A stretch of 64,000 nucleotides of DNA from Candidatus Latescibacterota bacterium (GCA_965203175.1 OZ241867.1:2624001-2688000), one strand, 5' to 3'; shown: positions 45,107 to 55,762, numbered from the stretch's first letter. A program made the numbers and translations. The notes: generated by a model not told the origin, from the sequence alone.

Positions 45107-46723
45107 ATGATCGAAGGACACCAAGTACTAGCCGACGGCGGCGCTGTGTCCGCCCAACAGCCAGCCGCAGCGCGCATTGGCGCACAGATATTGGCCCAAG
45201 GCGGCAACGCCATGGATGCGGCCACAGCCACCAGTTTGGCCTGCTGCATGTTGGCCCCCCAATCCAACGGCATCGGCGGCTACATGTCGGCGGCAGTTGT
45301 CTTAGAAGGCTCCACCGACCGCGTCTGGTCACTCGACGCCAATGCCGTAGCCCCGGCCGCTGCCCACGAGCACATGTACGACATTCTGCCGGCCCGCCGC
45401 GACAACATGTGCACCAACGAAAAGGAATACGCCTGTAGCGTGCGCGACGATGCCAACGTGTACGGTCCCCAAGCAGTGGCCGTCCCCGGTCAAATGGCCG
45501 GCATGGGCTTTTTACACGAACGCTGGGGGCAGTTGCCTTGGGACGCGATTGTCGCCCCGGCCCAAGGGCTGCTCGCCGACGGCTTTCCCTACGGCCCGGC
45601 CCTGGCCAATACCATCCGTAGCCAAGAAGCCATCCTGCGCCGCTTCCCCGCAACATTTAGCCACCTCGCGCCGCAAGGCGAGTTGCCCAGCTTCGATGAC
45701 ATTTGGCATCGCCCCGACATGGAGCGCACCCTAGCGCGTTTGGCTCAAGCTGGTTGGCGCGACTTTTACGGCGGCGAATTGGGGCGTACCATCGGCGATT
45801 ACGTCCAAGCCAGCGGCGGTGTTCTCACCCGCGAGGATATGGCTGGCTTTGAACCGCGCCTGACCGAGCCGTACCAAATCACCTACCGCGATGTGCCAGT
45901 GTACGGACCAATTCTGCCCAACGGCTGCCTCTCCGCCCTCCAGATTCTGCACATGCTGGAATGCCTGCCCTTAGTATCCGACGACCAAGCCCAGTACTGG
46001 CACCAGCTAGCCGAGGTCGTCAAACAAGCCTGGCGCGACCGCCTGCGCTACGTCGGAGACCCCGATTTCGTCGATGTGCCAGTCGAGCGCTTACTGAGCA
46101 AGGACTACGCCGCCGGCCGCGTCGAAGCTCTGCAACAATTTCCCGAGCGAGTTGACCAGCAAGTGTACGAAGCCTCGGGTCCAGCCGTCGCCGAAACCTT
46201 GCACGTATCGGCCGCAGACGCCGAGGGCAATCTCGTTGGCATCACCATCACCCAAGGCGGAGCTTTTGGCTCCTGTCTCACCGTACCGGACACGGGCATT
46301 ATCCTAGGCCACGGCATGTGCCGTTTGGATCCCCGTCCCGGTCGGGCCAATTCCGTGGCCGCGCACAAGCGTCCGCTCAACAACGTGGTTCCCATGATCC
46401 TGCGCCTGCCCCAGCGCGACGTAGCCATCGGTCTGCCCGGCGGTCGCCGCATCATCAGCGTCGGAGCCCAACTCGGCCAGCGCATCATCGACTTCAACGC
46501 CACCGCCTTGGGAGCAGCCACAGCCCCCCGACTCAACGCCGAAGCCCAAGAACCCCTCGAACTAAAGCGCGGCATCGACCCGGCGATTGTGCAAACCCTA
46601 AGAGAAATGGGCCACCGAGTGCAGGTAGTTCAAGGGGTAGCCGGCGGTGCCCACGGTGCCGAAGTACTCAAAAGCGAGGGCAAAGTGCGCGCTGGGGGCA
46701 ATGGCTGGGCCGCGGGCGTATAG
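45107..46723 (+). CDS. Gamma-glutamyltransferase family protein
   Basis: GGNAMDAA, GIGG, AVPG, ETLHVSAAD (Thr nucleophile) and PGGRRI. Confidence 0.88.
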   Translation: MIEGHQVLADGGAVSAQQPAAARIGAQILAQGGNAMDAATATSLACCMLAPQSNGIGGYMSAAVVLEGSTDRVWSLDANAVAPAAAHEHMYDILPARRDNMCTNEKEYACSVRDDANVYGPQAVAVPGQMAGMGFLHERWGQLPWDAIVAPAQGLLADGFPYGPALANTIRSQEAILRRFPATFSHLAPQGELPSFDDIWHRPDMERTLARLAQAGWRDFYGGELGRTIGDYVQASGGVLTREDMAGFEPRLTEPYQITYRDVPVYGPILPNGCLSALQILHMLECLPLVSDDQAQYWHQLAEVVKQAWRDRLRYVGDPDFVDVPVERLLSKDYAAGRVEALQQFPERVDQQVYEASGPAVAETLHVSAADAEGNLVGITITQGGAFGSCLTVPDTGIILGHGMCRLDPRPGRANSVAAHKRPLNNVVPMILRLPQRDVAIGLPGGRRIISVGAQLGQRIIDFNATALGAATAPRLNAEAQEPLELKRGIDPAIVQTLREMGHRVQVVQGVAGGAHGAEVLKSEGKVRAGGNGWAAGV

Positions 46724-46732
46724 GTCGTCTTT

Positions 46733-46782
46733 GGGTGATTATCACCCTTGACATGGGTGATTATCACCCATATCATGGGTAT
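46733..46782 (+). promoter_or_regulatory. Leaderless sigma70 promoter with twin palindromic operators
   Basis: TTGACA (46748)-17 nt-TATCAT (46771)-6 nt-ATG. gggtgattatcaccc at 46733-46747 and 46755-46769. Confidence 0.8.
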
Positions 46783-48012
46783 ATGAACACGAATCGACTG
46801 CTACCTCGATTTGCTTCCGCGAGCGTGGAGCGAGCGCTGAGGGTCATGCCCGTGACTGTTCTCACTGGCGCACGACAGACCGGCAAGAGCACCCTCGCCC
46901 GCATGCATCCCATCGGAGCAGATAGGTCTTACTTCACCCTAGACGATTACGGCGTCCTTGAGCAAGCCCAACGCGAACCGGATGCCCTTGTTGCTCGGGC
47001 CGTGCAGATCACGCTTGATGAGGTACAGCGGGTGCCGCATGTGCTGCTCGCCATCAAGCGCCTCGTTGACGAAGATCGGGTTGCTGGTCGTTTCCTCTTG
47101 ACTGGGTCGGCGAATCTACTGCTTATGAAGGAGGTGGGCGAAACGCTGGCTGGCCGCGCTAGCTACTTGACGCTCTGGCCCATGACCCGTCGCGAGCAAC
47201 GCGGATTGGCTAGGCCTGGTCTGTGGACAGAACTCGTAGATGCGCCCCCGACTGCATGGCGGGATGTGCTGCTCGCGGAGCCAGCCGAAGCAGAGCCGTG
47301 GGTGGCCCTTGCTCGACGCGGAGGTTATCCCGTCCCAGCCCATGAATTGATAGATGATGACGATCGGCGGCTATGGTTCGAAGGCTACGCGGCTACCTAC
47401 TTGGAGCGGGACATCCCACGTCTATCCGCCATCGAAGGCATCACAGACCTGCGGAGGTTGATGACGGCAGCCTGTCTGCGCGTTGGGGGGCTATTAAACC
47501 AAGCAGACCTAGCTCGGGACGTACATCTTGCCCCCTCCACAGTGCAGCGTTATCTCAACCTACTAGAGGTGTCGTTCCAACTGGTGCGACTGCCATCCTA
47601 TTCTGTCAACAGGACGAAACGGCTGGTCAAGTCATCCAAACTCTACTGGGGCGATACCGGGTTGGCTTTGCACTTAGCGGGCGAGGCACATCCCCGCGGT
47701 GCGCATCTAGAGAACATAGTGCTCTGCGACCTACTCGCCTGGGCTACTACTCGTATCGAAAGAACAGAGATTCTCTTTTGGCGGACTACCAAGGGTGCCG
47801 AGGTCGATTTCGTCATTGAAACGGGCCGCCGTCTGCTGCCCGTGGAGGTGAAGGCCGCCGCTAGCGTCCATCCCGGCGATGTACGACATCTGCATACGTT
47901 CCTAGATGAATACTCCGATATGGCGCAGTGTGGGATCGTTCTCTACGATGGCGAAGAAACGTTCTGGCTCACCAAGCGCGTACTCGCCGCACCGTGGTGG
48001 CGCGTGGTTTGA
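46783..48012 (+). CDS. AAA_14 ATPase + DUF4143 protein
   Basis: GARQTGKST, DEVQR, LTGSA, KLYWGDTGL and EVDF...PVEVK. Confidence 0.9.
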   Translation: MNTNRLLPRFASASVERALRVMPVTVLTGARQTGKSTLARMHPIGADRSYFTLDDYGVLEQAQREPDALVARAVQITLDEVQRVPHVLLAIKRLVDEDRVAGRFLLTGSANLLLMKEVGETLAGRASYLTLWPMTRREQRGLARPGLWTELVDAPPTAWRDVLLAEPAEAEPWVALARRGGYPVPAHELIDDDDRRLWFEGYAATYLERDIPRLSAIEGITDLRRLMTAACLRVGGLLNQADLARDVHLAPSTVQRYLNLLEVSFQLVRLPSYSVNRTKRLVKSSKLYWGDTGLALHLAGEAHPRGAHLENIVLCDLLAWATTRIERTEILFWRTTKGAEVDFVIETGRRLLPVEVKAAASVHPGDVRHLHTFLDEYSDMAQCGIVLYDGEETFWLTKRVLAAPWWRVV

Positions 48013-48031
48013 AGCTACTATCTAACATACA

Positions 48032-49174
48032 ATGGAGAAAGAAATGAAGATTACTGATTTGCAAGTGATGCGGATAGGGTCGGAAGGGACCAACAATTGG
48101 ACGTTTGTGAAAATCGAAACCGACGCCGGTATTTACGGCTGGGGCGAGGCGAGTTTGCAATACAAAGACGACGCCTTACTCGGCGAGTTTGCGGCGTTCA
48201 AGCGCTTTCTGCTAGGCAAAAATCCGTTTGAGATTGAGCGAATTTGGACCTCGTTGTACCGACGCGTGACGTGGTCAGGTGGCCCGGTGACGACGAGTGC
48301 GATCAGTGCGATTGATCTGGCGTTGTGGGACATTAAAGGCAAAGCCTTGGGCGTTCCAGTGTACGAGTTGTTGGGAGGAAAGTCACACGACAAAATTCGC
48401 ATGTACGCCAATGGGTGGTCGAGAAAGGGAAATACACCTGAAGAAATTGCCGAGGGTGTAAAACGAGTAGTAGATCAGGGCTATGAGGCGTTGAAGTTCT
48501 ACCCTTTTAGCGGCGTACAAGTGGCAAGGATCGATCGAATCCAGCACGGCGTCGCCTTGGTGGAAGCGGCGCGCGAAGCGGCCGGGTCGCAAATTGAAAT
48601 AGGAATTGACATTCGCGCGCGCTTGAACATATGGAGCGCCCGGCGCGTGGCGCAGGAATTGGAGCCTTATAACATTGCGTGGATGGAAGAGCCGATTTTG
48701 TGGGATAATCCAGAAGCACTAGCGCAATTTGCCCGCGAAGTAAATGTGCCCATTGCGACGGGCGAACAGCTATACACTCGCTGGGAATTCCGCGCCCTGT
48801 TGGAACTGAATGCGGTCGGACTTATTCAACCGGATATCTGTCATGCAGGCGGCATCACTGAATTAAAGAAAATTGCCGCAATGGCTGAGACGTATTACGT
48901 AACAGTAGCACCACACAATTCCAATGGGCCGATTTCAACAATCGCTAGCTTGCATTTGGATATGTGCATTCACAACAGTTTGATGCAGGAAATTTTCGTG
49001 TCGTCCATTGATCTCTACAATAAGGTACTTACGCAACCTATTGAAGTGATCGCTGGACATTGCGTGCCACCAGAAGGGCCGGGTTGGGGCGTAGAGTTGC
49101 GAGAGGATGCTATGGAACAACATCCGCCGAAGTCGTTTACGCCGGTTGAGTCTGAACCGTATGTGGAATTTTAG
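48032..49174 (+). CDS. Galactonate dehydratase-like MR-family enzyme
   Basis: GWGEA, ALWDIKGK, MEEP, ATGE, QPD and APHN. Confidence 0.85.
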   Translation: MEKEMKITDLQVMRIGSEGTNNWTFVKIETDAGIYGWGEASLQYKDDALLGEFAAFKRFLLGKNPFEIERIWTSLYRRVTWSGGPVTTSAISAIDLALWDIKGKALGVPVYELLGGKSHDKIRMYANGWSRKGNTPEEIAEGVKRVVDQGYEALKFYPFSGVQVARIDRIQHGVALVEAAREAAGSQIEIGIDIRARLNIWSARRVAQELEPYNIAWMEEPILWDNPEALAQFAREVNVPIATGEQLYTRWEFRALLELNAVGLIQPDICHAGGITELKKIAAMAETYYVTVAPHNSNGPISTIASLHLDMCIHNSLMQEIFVSSIDLYNKVLTQPIEVIAGHCVPPEGPGWGVELREDAMEQHPPKSFTPVESEPYVEF

Positions 49175-49175
49175 T

Positions 49176-51608
49176 TTACAATGATAGCCAGTAATTTACC
49201 TTAATAAAGAAAATATCCGAACCATCGTCTAGGAAACTCTCACCTATATTCCTCAGTGGGAGGAAAGAAGGATCTGCCGAGAACGCACTGTTCGCTTGGG
49301 ACCACACCAAGAATAAGGTACTTCCCGGACGATATTCCCAACGCAGTACCATATTACTCTGCAGTGAACGGTGGCGAAAATCGGGATTGTAGCCCAATTC
49401 TGTATACGGGGTAAACATATATGAATCCGGTCTCGCTAGTTCTTTGAAATGTTTGTAGGCACCAACCGCCAGAAACGGCTGCAAATAGAGCTCTAGACTC
49501 AGATCCCGGCTGAAGATCACATTGAGTCGGGTAGTCAGATCTAGGGTCTTGCTATTCAGTGTTCCGTATACGAAGTGTTCAACTATGCCATCCCCATCCA
49601 CGTCTATATTCCCAACCCACTGTGCATCATCGAAACCCCAATGATAGTGTGGCTGAAAGTAACACTCTATATAATAAGCTGGTTTAATTTCTACTCCCAA
49701 TGCCATCGCGCGCCAAGAACTACCTTCCGTGTCGTTCCCCCAAGAAAAGCCGAGTTGGCTACTTATGGCTCGCCGATCGTCGCTTGTGATACTAAGATCA
49801 AAAGCTGTTCTAGCGGGCCGTACGATGAGCGGTCCACCCCGGGTATCTAGATCGTCCTGAGTGCGGAAATTATGGTTAATTGCTCCATAGATGTCCCAAT
49901 AATTACTGAACCGATGCCGAGTGCTCAAACCGATGCCGTTTGCCAGTACCACGTCATCAAAGTTCCGACGCCTCCACTGATTGATGTTCAGTCTGTTCCA
50001 ACGGAAAAGATTCCAAGGACGATCCTTGCGAAGCTGGAGTTGAAATCGAGTTTCATAGTAGTTATTCCGCCATAGAAAACCCAGATCATTGATTTCGAAA
50101 TCTTTTGAATAGGCTTTCCAATGGAATCCTCCTTGTAGCCAGCCACTCCGCTTGCCCACAGCCATCTCGCTGCCCCACCCCCTCTTCTGATCCGCTGCCG
50201 CTCCGGCTTGGCTACTGGCGATCTGTCCCGAGAAATCGTATTCGTTCTGCCCCGAACGCAGCCACCAGTCTACACTCCCAGAGTAAGCGTCTGCAGCCTT
50301 GTGTCGGTTGAGACTCGTACCTGTCAGGCCGATGTGAGAGTTGCCTTGAAAAAGATCCTGCTGTACTCGGCCAACCAAGATATGCGAGCGCGGCTCAAGA
50401 AGAAAATCACGACGTTTTGATTCTTCCCCTACACTCTCCAGAGATACATACTCTCTAGCCGTAAGTGCTTCCATTAACCCAAAGCTCGTCTTGCCGGCCG
50501 TCTTGCCCACTATTTTAACTGCTCCTAAAATGGTGGTAAAATCTGGCCGGTCCACCATCCGGAAGCCACTGGGGATGCTATTGAAGCCGGGCTGCTTGCC
50601 AATGCGACGGGAATAGAAAAGCTGGATAGGCGTCCGGAAATTCTCAGCACCATCTACGAAAAAGGGGCGCCGCTCCTCAAAGAAGGTTTCAAAGACTGAA
50701 AGGTTTAGCACAGCCGGATCGGCCTCCACCTGCCCGAAGTCCGGATTGACTGTGGCGTTAAGAGAGAGGCCCGAAGTCAGTCCGTAGCGCATATTAACCC
50801 CTAGATTGCTGAAGAGATCGCGGCTAGCGGATCCATTGTCGGAGATAAAGGTGGATCGGCCGACGATATAAGGCATAATCTCCAAGGGTTTAGGGGGAAT
50901 AATCTGCTCAATACCTTCAAGATGGCCAAAGTGCGATGGCCAACCGCTTTGCTCAAGCGGAACCATACGCCAATACACATCCTCTTTTTTTCGACTTATA
51001 TAGCGAATTACATTGACGCCCCAAGTGTATTTCTCCTGAGGACTGAAGCGGAGCGTTTGGTAGGGAATCTTGTACTCTACACACCACCCGTTCTCATGCC
51101 TGCTTTGACGCGCTTGCCAGACCCCATCCCAGGCACCGTCCCAACCACCTCCATCATCGTAATTATAGCCATCTGTCAGGGAGCCACCGGCGTGTACATG
51201 GAACACAAAGTTTGTCTGATGATCATGGTGGGCATCAATGGCAATCTGGACGAAATCTGCTTCTGGAAACTGATCTCGGCGGGCAAGACGAGCCACGATG
51301 TGCTCTGGCTGGCGATCAAAGGCCATAACACCGACGTAAAGCGCTTTGTCGTCATAGGCAAATTGTACTGTGGTCGACTCGGTAGCAGCCTGTCCCGTAT
51401 CGGGTCGCCGCTGAGTAAATCCTGTAAAGACCGGGGCTTGCTGCCAGATTAAATCGTCTAGGTGGCCGTCGATTTTAGGTGGAGTAGAATGGATTCGTAT
51501 GGCTCTTAGAGTCTTGCCCGTGACTTCCCCATCTTCTACGTGACCCCAGAGAGGATTTCCCCCATCGACAATGGCAATGATTATTAAGATCCTCCATAAA
51601 CGCATCAT
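49176..51608 (-). CDS. CBM9-like + DUF5916 outer-membrane protein
   Basis: PKIDGHLDD, NPDFGQVEADPAVLNLSVFETFFEERRPFF, RWEYRPGS and C-terminal KVNYW. GAGGAG RBS before ATG 51608. Confidence 0.8.
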   Translation of the reverse strand: MMRLWRILIIIAIVDGGNPLWGHVEDGEVTGKTLRAIRIHSTPPKIDGHLDDLIWQQAPVFTGFTQRRPDTGQAATESTTVQFAYDDKALYVGVMAFDRQPEHIVARLARRDQFPEADFVQIAIDAHHDHQTNFVFHVHAGGSLTDGYNYDDGGGWDGAWDGVWQARQSRHENGWCVEYKIPYQTLRFSPQEKYTWGVNVIRYISRKKEDVYWRMVPLEQSGWPSHFGHLEGIEQIIPPKPLEIMPYIVGRSTFISDNGSASRDLFSNLGVNMRYGLTSGLSLNATVNPDFGQVEADPAVLNLSVFETFFEERRPFFVDGAENFRTPIQLFYSRRIGKQPGFNSIPSGFRMVDRPDFTTILGAVKIVGKTAGKTSFGLMEALTAREYVSLESVGEESKRRDFLLEPRSHILVGRVQQDLFQGNSHIGLTGTSLNRHKAADAYSGSVDWWLRSGQNEYDFSGQIASSQAGAAADQKRGWGSEMAVGKRSGWLQGGFHWKAYSKDFEINDLGFLWRNNYYETRFQLQLRKDRPWNLFRWNRLNINQWRRRNFDDVVLANGIGLSTRHRFSNYWDIYGAINHNFRTQDDLDTRGGPLIVRPARTAFDLSITSDDRRAISSQLGFSWGNDTEGSSWRAMALGVEIKPAYYIECYFQPHYHWGFDDAQWVGNIDVDGDGIVEHFVYGTLNSKTLDLTTRLNVIFSRDLSLELYLQPFLAVGAYKHFKELARPDSYMFTPYTELGYNPDFRHRSLQSNMVLRWEYRPGSTLFLVWSQANSAFSADPSFLPLRNIGESFLDDGSDIFFIKVNYWLSL

Positions 51609-51726
51609 GTTAAGTCTCCTCACTCATCAAAGGACTGGCCGACCTCAAGTAAACCAATTTTAATGCAGTCAATGGGATGGTTTCTCAAAGAAGAAAGCCC
51701 GGGTCACATAATGTCAACGTGAAAAC

Positions 51727-53397
51727 CTAGCGGAGCCAATCCTCCCATCGACGTGCCAGCTCCACTCGCGCATCACGACGCGCGTCTGAGTAATACTTCT
51801 GTCCGTGCATGTAATAAGGGGGCCTGTCCGGCAAGCGATGTCCTGTTATTGCTTCCAATGCATCTCTTCGGGCCGCGAAGTTGGATATTCGACCCATGCG
51901 GGCGTCCTCTTCAAGACCGGAGACGATTTCTTCGGCGAAACGCGGAAGAGCCGTTCTTCTGGCAAGGTTAAAGGATACATAACGAACATCTAGGCTCGGG
52001 TCATTAAAGAGAACACTGAGAGATGCGCTACATTCAGACCACAAAGTTGGACAATTCTGTAGCCAGTACACCGCCGCCGACCGGACAATGGGCGCAACGT
52101 CCCGAAACCCTTCTTTGATGTAGTCCGGATTCACTTCGGACGTTTTGCTTGCTAGGGCACACAAGGTAGCGGCACGAACCTCAGATTTCGGGTGGTTTAA
52201 ACACTCACTGATTGGTTGTAGAGCCGCGTCCGGGAATGGATCACCGACAAAAGAGAGAATGATATCCCTTACTTGGTCAGCATCGCCAGCACTAAGTTGA
52301 TCCATCCTGTATTCGACCGAACGTTTCCGCCACTCCGACCAGGTTTGGTAGGGGCTCGTTACCGGCTCGGGTGGATGATCCGTCGCTTCCATCGCCAAAG
52401 CACCTTCGACTGAAACCAGCCCAGCGCGTAGGTTCAACCACTGTGGACGCTTTATCGACGAAGCGATGAGGGCCGTTTTCATCTCCAGAGCCGTCCAACT
52501 CGGACGCGCCTGCCACACACAGGCTGCGGCTCCAAGAGCGATCGGCCCCGAGAACGATGTACCAAGTGTGCGGGCATAGCGCCGTGGGAGATCGTCTATC
52601 TTGTCATAAAAGTGGTTTTCGATCTCTTCATCGGTTCCATGGGGAAGGACGACGTTCTCCGCAGGTGCCAGAATCTCCGGAATCCATTTTCCCTCAAAGG
52701 TCGTTCCCCGGCTCCCTGGAAACGCTTCGGCCTGGTCTAGGTCCCCATCCGGGGAAATCGCGATCCCGCCAACCGAAAGGACCGAAGGAGCCGCGGGTTC
52801 GGTAACCCCAGCAGTCCGATCTGATGTATTCCCCGACCCTGCCATTACGAGCACGCCTGCGACCGCTATTTCTTCACACAAGACACGTATTGGTTCCGTT
52901 TGCCAAGGTAGAAGGCTTGAGTCGATCCCAAGTTTTTTTGCCGACAATACAGTTCGTATCTCGTACTTGCTCCAGTTATCCCGAACCCATTCCAGTGCCT
53001 TAAGATGTGCTGCATATCGTCCTTCAGGATCCTGGCTCTGGCCGGGGAAGTATTCGGCGACGAGAAAGAGATCGGCCTCCGGCGCTATGCCCCGGTACAG
53101 ACCCTGCGATTCGGCACCTGATCCAGCAGCCGCAGCCGCAGCCCACAACCCATGCGCGCCTCCTTTCCATGGCCCAGGCTCCGCCTCAAACACCTTGGGC
53201 TGCGGTTCAGGCTCCATCACCATTACTTTGTAAGTTGTACGTTGCTCGTTGGTGGTGATATCGGGATGGCTTGGGAAATCTCCATCGACAACAGCAATGC
53301 GAACCCCTTTCCCCGTAAATTCATCAGGTACGCCCAGGAAGTCTCGCAACGTCGGCCACATATCTCCTCCTATGGGTTTCTTAGACGAGCTGCTCAT
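51727..53397 (-). CDS. S8 (subtilisin-like) peptidase with HEAT-like C-terminus
   Basis: Catalytic triad motifs VVDGD, AHG and GTSFSGP, plus GSGN. VRAA/VRSAA/VRY helical repeats at the C-terminus. Confidence 0.8.
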   Translation of the reverse strand: MSSSSKKPIGGDMWPTLRDFLGVPDEFTGKGVRIAVVDGDFPSHPDITTNEQRTTYKVMVMEPEPQPKVFEAEPGPWKGGAHGLWAAAAAAGSGAESQGLYRGIAPEADLFLVAEYFPGQSQDPEGRYAAHLKALEWVRDNWSKYEIRTVLSAKKLGIDSSLLPWQTEPIRVLCEEIAVAGVLVMAGSGNTSDRTAGVTEPAAPSVLSVGGIAISPDGDLDQAEAFPGSRGTTFEGKWIPEILAPAENVVLPHGTDEEIENHFYDKIDDLPRRYARTLGTSFSGPIALGAAACVWQARPSWTALEMKTALIASSIKRPQWLNLRAGLVSVEGALAMEATDHPPEPVTSPYQTWSEWRKRSVEYRMDQLSAGDADQVRDIILSFVGDPFPDAALQPISECLNHPKSEVRAATLCALASKTSEVNPDYIKEGFRDVAPIVRSAAVYWLQNCPTLWSECSASLSVLFNDPSLDVRYVSFNLARRTALPRFAEEIVSGLEEDARMGRISNFAARRDALEAITGHRLPDRPPYYMHGQKYYSDARRDARVELARRWEDWLR

Positions 53398-55522
53398 GGG
53401 GCTGCGCCTCAGCCACATGACAATTGAACCAATCCACAACGCGCCGACACAGATCATCGAGAGCATCGCGGGACCAAGCACTTGTGCCGTGGTGCTCGTC
53501 CTTGTACAGCCGTAGCTCGACGCGCTTGCCGAGTCGGCGCAGGGCGATAAACGTCTCTTCGGCCTGATTGGAACCTTCCTGGTCCCCTGTACCACACACG
53601 AGCAGTAGTGGAGTAGATACTCGGTCTAGGCAGAAGAAAGGCGAGTTCTCGATGTACGCAGCCCGGTTCTCCCACGGCGAACCGCCGAGGCGGGCTTGTC
53701 CCGTTTCGCACCATCCTATATGATGGATGTAGAAGCTCGTCATATTCACCCCCCAAGGGGCAATAGCCAACGCAGCTCGGAATCTGTCGGTCTGCGCAAC
53801 CAGCGCCACAGTGCTATATCCGCCATAACTCGTGCCCATTAGACCCACGCGTTCGCCATCGGCCAGACCGAGTTCGACCGCCCGATCTACGGCGGCTAGT
53901 ACCGGCTCCACCAGACCTGTCATCGGGTCTTTCTCTCCCAGCGGTACCTCTGGGAACAACACCGCGTAGCCAGCACTGCATAGAAGCTGTGGCTCAATAG
54001 CCTGCGGCCCTTGGAGACTAAAGCGATTGATCGTCCCCACACCTCGGTATCCCCCATACACACTGACGATCATCGGATACGGTGGCTGTGTCTCGGAAGG
54101 AAGCAACATCACTCCCCGGCATTGCATACCGGCTGCTTCGAAGTCTATCAGTTCACTGCGGCCGAGCTTGGACACCTGAACTTCAGGCGCTAGGCAAAAT
54201 AACCAGTCATGGCTTCCATTCTCTATGCGTAGCACGGAGGATGGACGCTTTGCCTCCTCCGCCATCAGGTAGTAGCACCCAGAAGAATCGTCCACCTCCA
54301 TGTACCAGATTTGGCCCGTGCACGTGCCCGGGATATCTGCTACGTGCTTCAGCCCTCCGTCCTGCCCCAAATGGACGACCTGCTCGCTCAGGTCGGACCG
54401 ATTCTGCAGCACGACGGGCAGGCCCCCGGCCTGCGTCAATTGAATGGTGGATTCAGTCGGTCGTGCGATCCAATGACGCCTAGACCACTCTTCTGGGATC
54501 GATGCGCAGCGGTGCTGGCCGGATTCCAAATCGAATTGCCACCAAGCCTTGCTACCGAGTGAGTGCAGCTTCGAACCATCCACACTCCAGCGCGGCGTGT
54601 CGTATTTCAGCAAGCGGTCAAACTCCGGTCCCGGAGTCAGATTTACAGGCGCTTCAGAACCATCGGCCGCGACAATGAACAGCTCGTCGGGACGACCTCT
54701 ACCGGAGGAGGCATACGCAACATTCGCCGAATCCGGCGACCACGCGTAGTTGATGCCAAAGGCGCTGGCGATATTCGAGGCAAGCACCCTTTCCACTCCG
54801 GTCTCGATATCCACGGTGAAAAGCTCAAACAGAGAGTACTGCAAGCTCGCTACACCTTCGACGTAGCGCGTACAGGCCACATGTCGGCCATCGGGCGCGA
54901 TGCGCCATTGGCCGGAGGCCCATTGTTGGAGCAGCCTCTTGACCGATCCAGTCGAGAGGCTGATATGGCCCAAGTCGCACAGCCTCCTACTCGGCAGATC
55001 TGGCTCGACCTCCACGTCAGGATAGTTGGATCTGACGTCGATCTTGGGCACGGGGCCGTGCGCATCTTCCCGATAGTCGCGCTCGGCAGGCCAGAGGGGT
55101 ACTACGATGCCCTTTCCATCGGGCGTCCACACTGGCAGTTCAAAACCAAAGCGGACTAGAACAGGCGCATTCCGCAGCAACTCAACCTCTCCTGTGCCAA
55201 CGTCCCACAAACCCAGACATGCCACTCCTTCGTGCTGCACGCAGGCCACCAGCCTGTCGCCCGCTGGCGACCACTGAGCCCCCCAGCTTACGCTGTCTTC
55301 GGGAAAAGGCCGCATCGACTCCCCGGTCGCTGTATCTACGATAACCACGGAACTACCAGCCATTTCCGTAGGGACGCCCCACTCGTCAAATCTCGGTCCT
55401 CGTACGCCTTGGATGCGCCTCTGTACGCCAAGGGCGAGCCGCCGTCCATCCGGGGACAGATGAAAGGGCATCCGCCCGGTGGGTTTGGGCAGATCGATGA
55501 GAGAGGCGATGGTATTCTCCAT
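53381..55522 (-). CDS. S9 prolyl-oligopeptidase-family peptidase
   Basis: WSP/WTPDG propeller repeats, GTSYGG, CGTGD and EHHG. Confidence 0.88.
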   Translation of the reverse strand: MENTIASLIDLPKPTGRMPFHLSPDGRRLALGVQRRIQGVRGPRFDEWGVPTEMAGSSVVIVDTATGESMRPFPEDSVSWGAQWSPAGDRLVACVQHEGVACLGLWDVGTGEVELLRNAPVLVRFGFELPVWTPDGKGIVVPLWPAERDYREDAHGPVPKIDVRSNYPDVEVEPDLPSRRLCDLGHISLSTGSVKRLLQQWASGQWRIAPDGRHVACTRYVEGVASLQYSLFELFTVDIETGVERVLASNIASAFGINYAWSPDSANVAYASSGRGRPDELFIVAADGSEAPVNLTPGPEFDRLLKYDTPRWSVDGSKLHSLGSKAWWQFDLESGQHRCASIPEEWSRRHWIARPTESTIQLTQAGGLPVVLQNRSDLSEQVVHLGQDGGLKHVADIPGTCTGQIWYMEVDDSSGCYYLMAEEAKRPSSVLRIENGSHDWLFCLAPEVQVSKLGRSELIDFEAAGMQCRGVMLLPSETQPPYPMIVSVYGGYRGVGTINRFSLQGPQAIEPQLLCSAGYAVLFPEVPLGEKDPMTGLVEPVLAAVDRAVELGLADGERVGLMGTSYGGYSTVALVAQTDRFRAALAIAPWGVNMTSFYIHHIGWCETGQARLGGSPWENRAAYIENSPFFCLDRVSTPLLLVCGTGDQEGSNQAEETFIALRRLGKRVELRLYKDEHHGTSAWSRDALDDLCRRVVDWFNCHVAEAQPHEQLV

Positions 55523-55711
55523 GGATTCCCTCCGTTATGGGGAAAAATGGCTGCGATTCTGCGGTCTTTGGATGGTGGATTTTCGCGTTGACAAAGAGTA
55601 CTGGAGAGTCTTATTTTAGTCAAGATAAAAATGACGTATCTATATATTTATATTGATTTTATGAGACATTATATTTGACAACATTCAGCCGATTGTTTAT
55701 ATTTTATGTAC

Positions 55712-55762
55712 AACAAAAAGATGGGGGCCGCTTACGTGAGCACCCCCATCTTTTTGTTTTTT
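55712..55762. terminator. Bidirectional intrinsic terminator-like hairpin
   Basis: aacaaaaagatggggg...cccccatctttttgtt, 16-bp arms with T-runs on both strands. Confidence 0.75.

Noticed and set aside
46318-46782. Long N-terminal extension of the AAA-DUF4143 ORF
   Set aside because: It overlaps ggt in another frame, and the promoter architecture supports ATG 46783.
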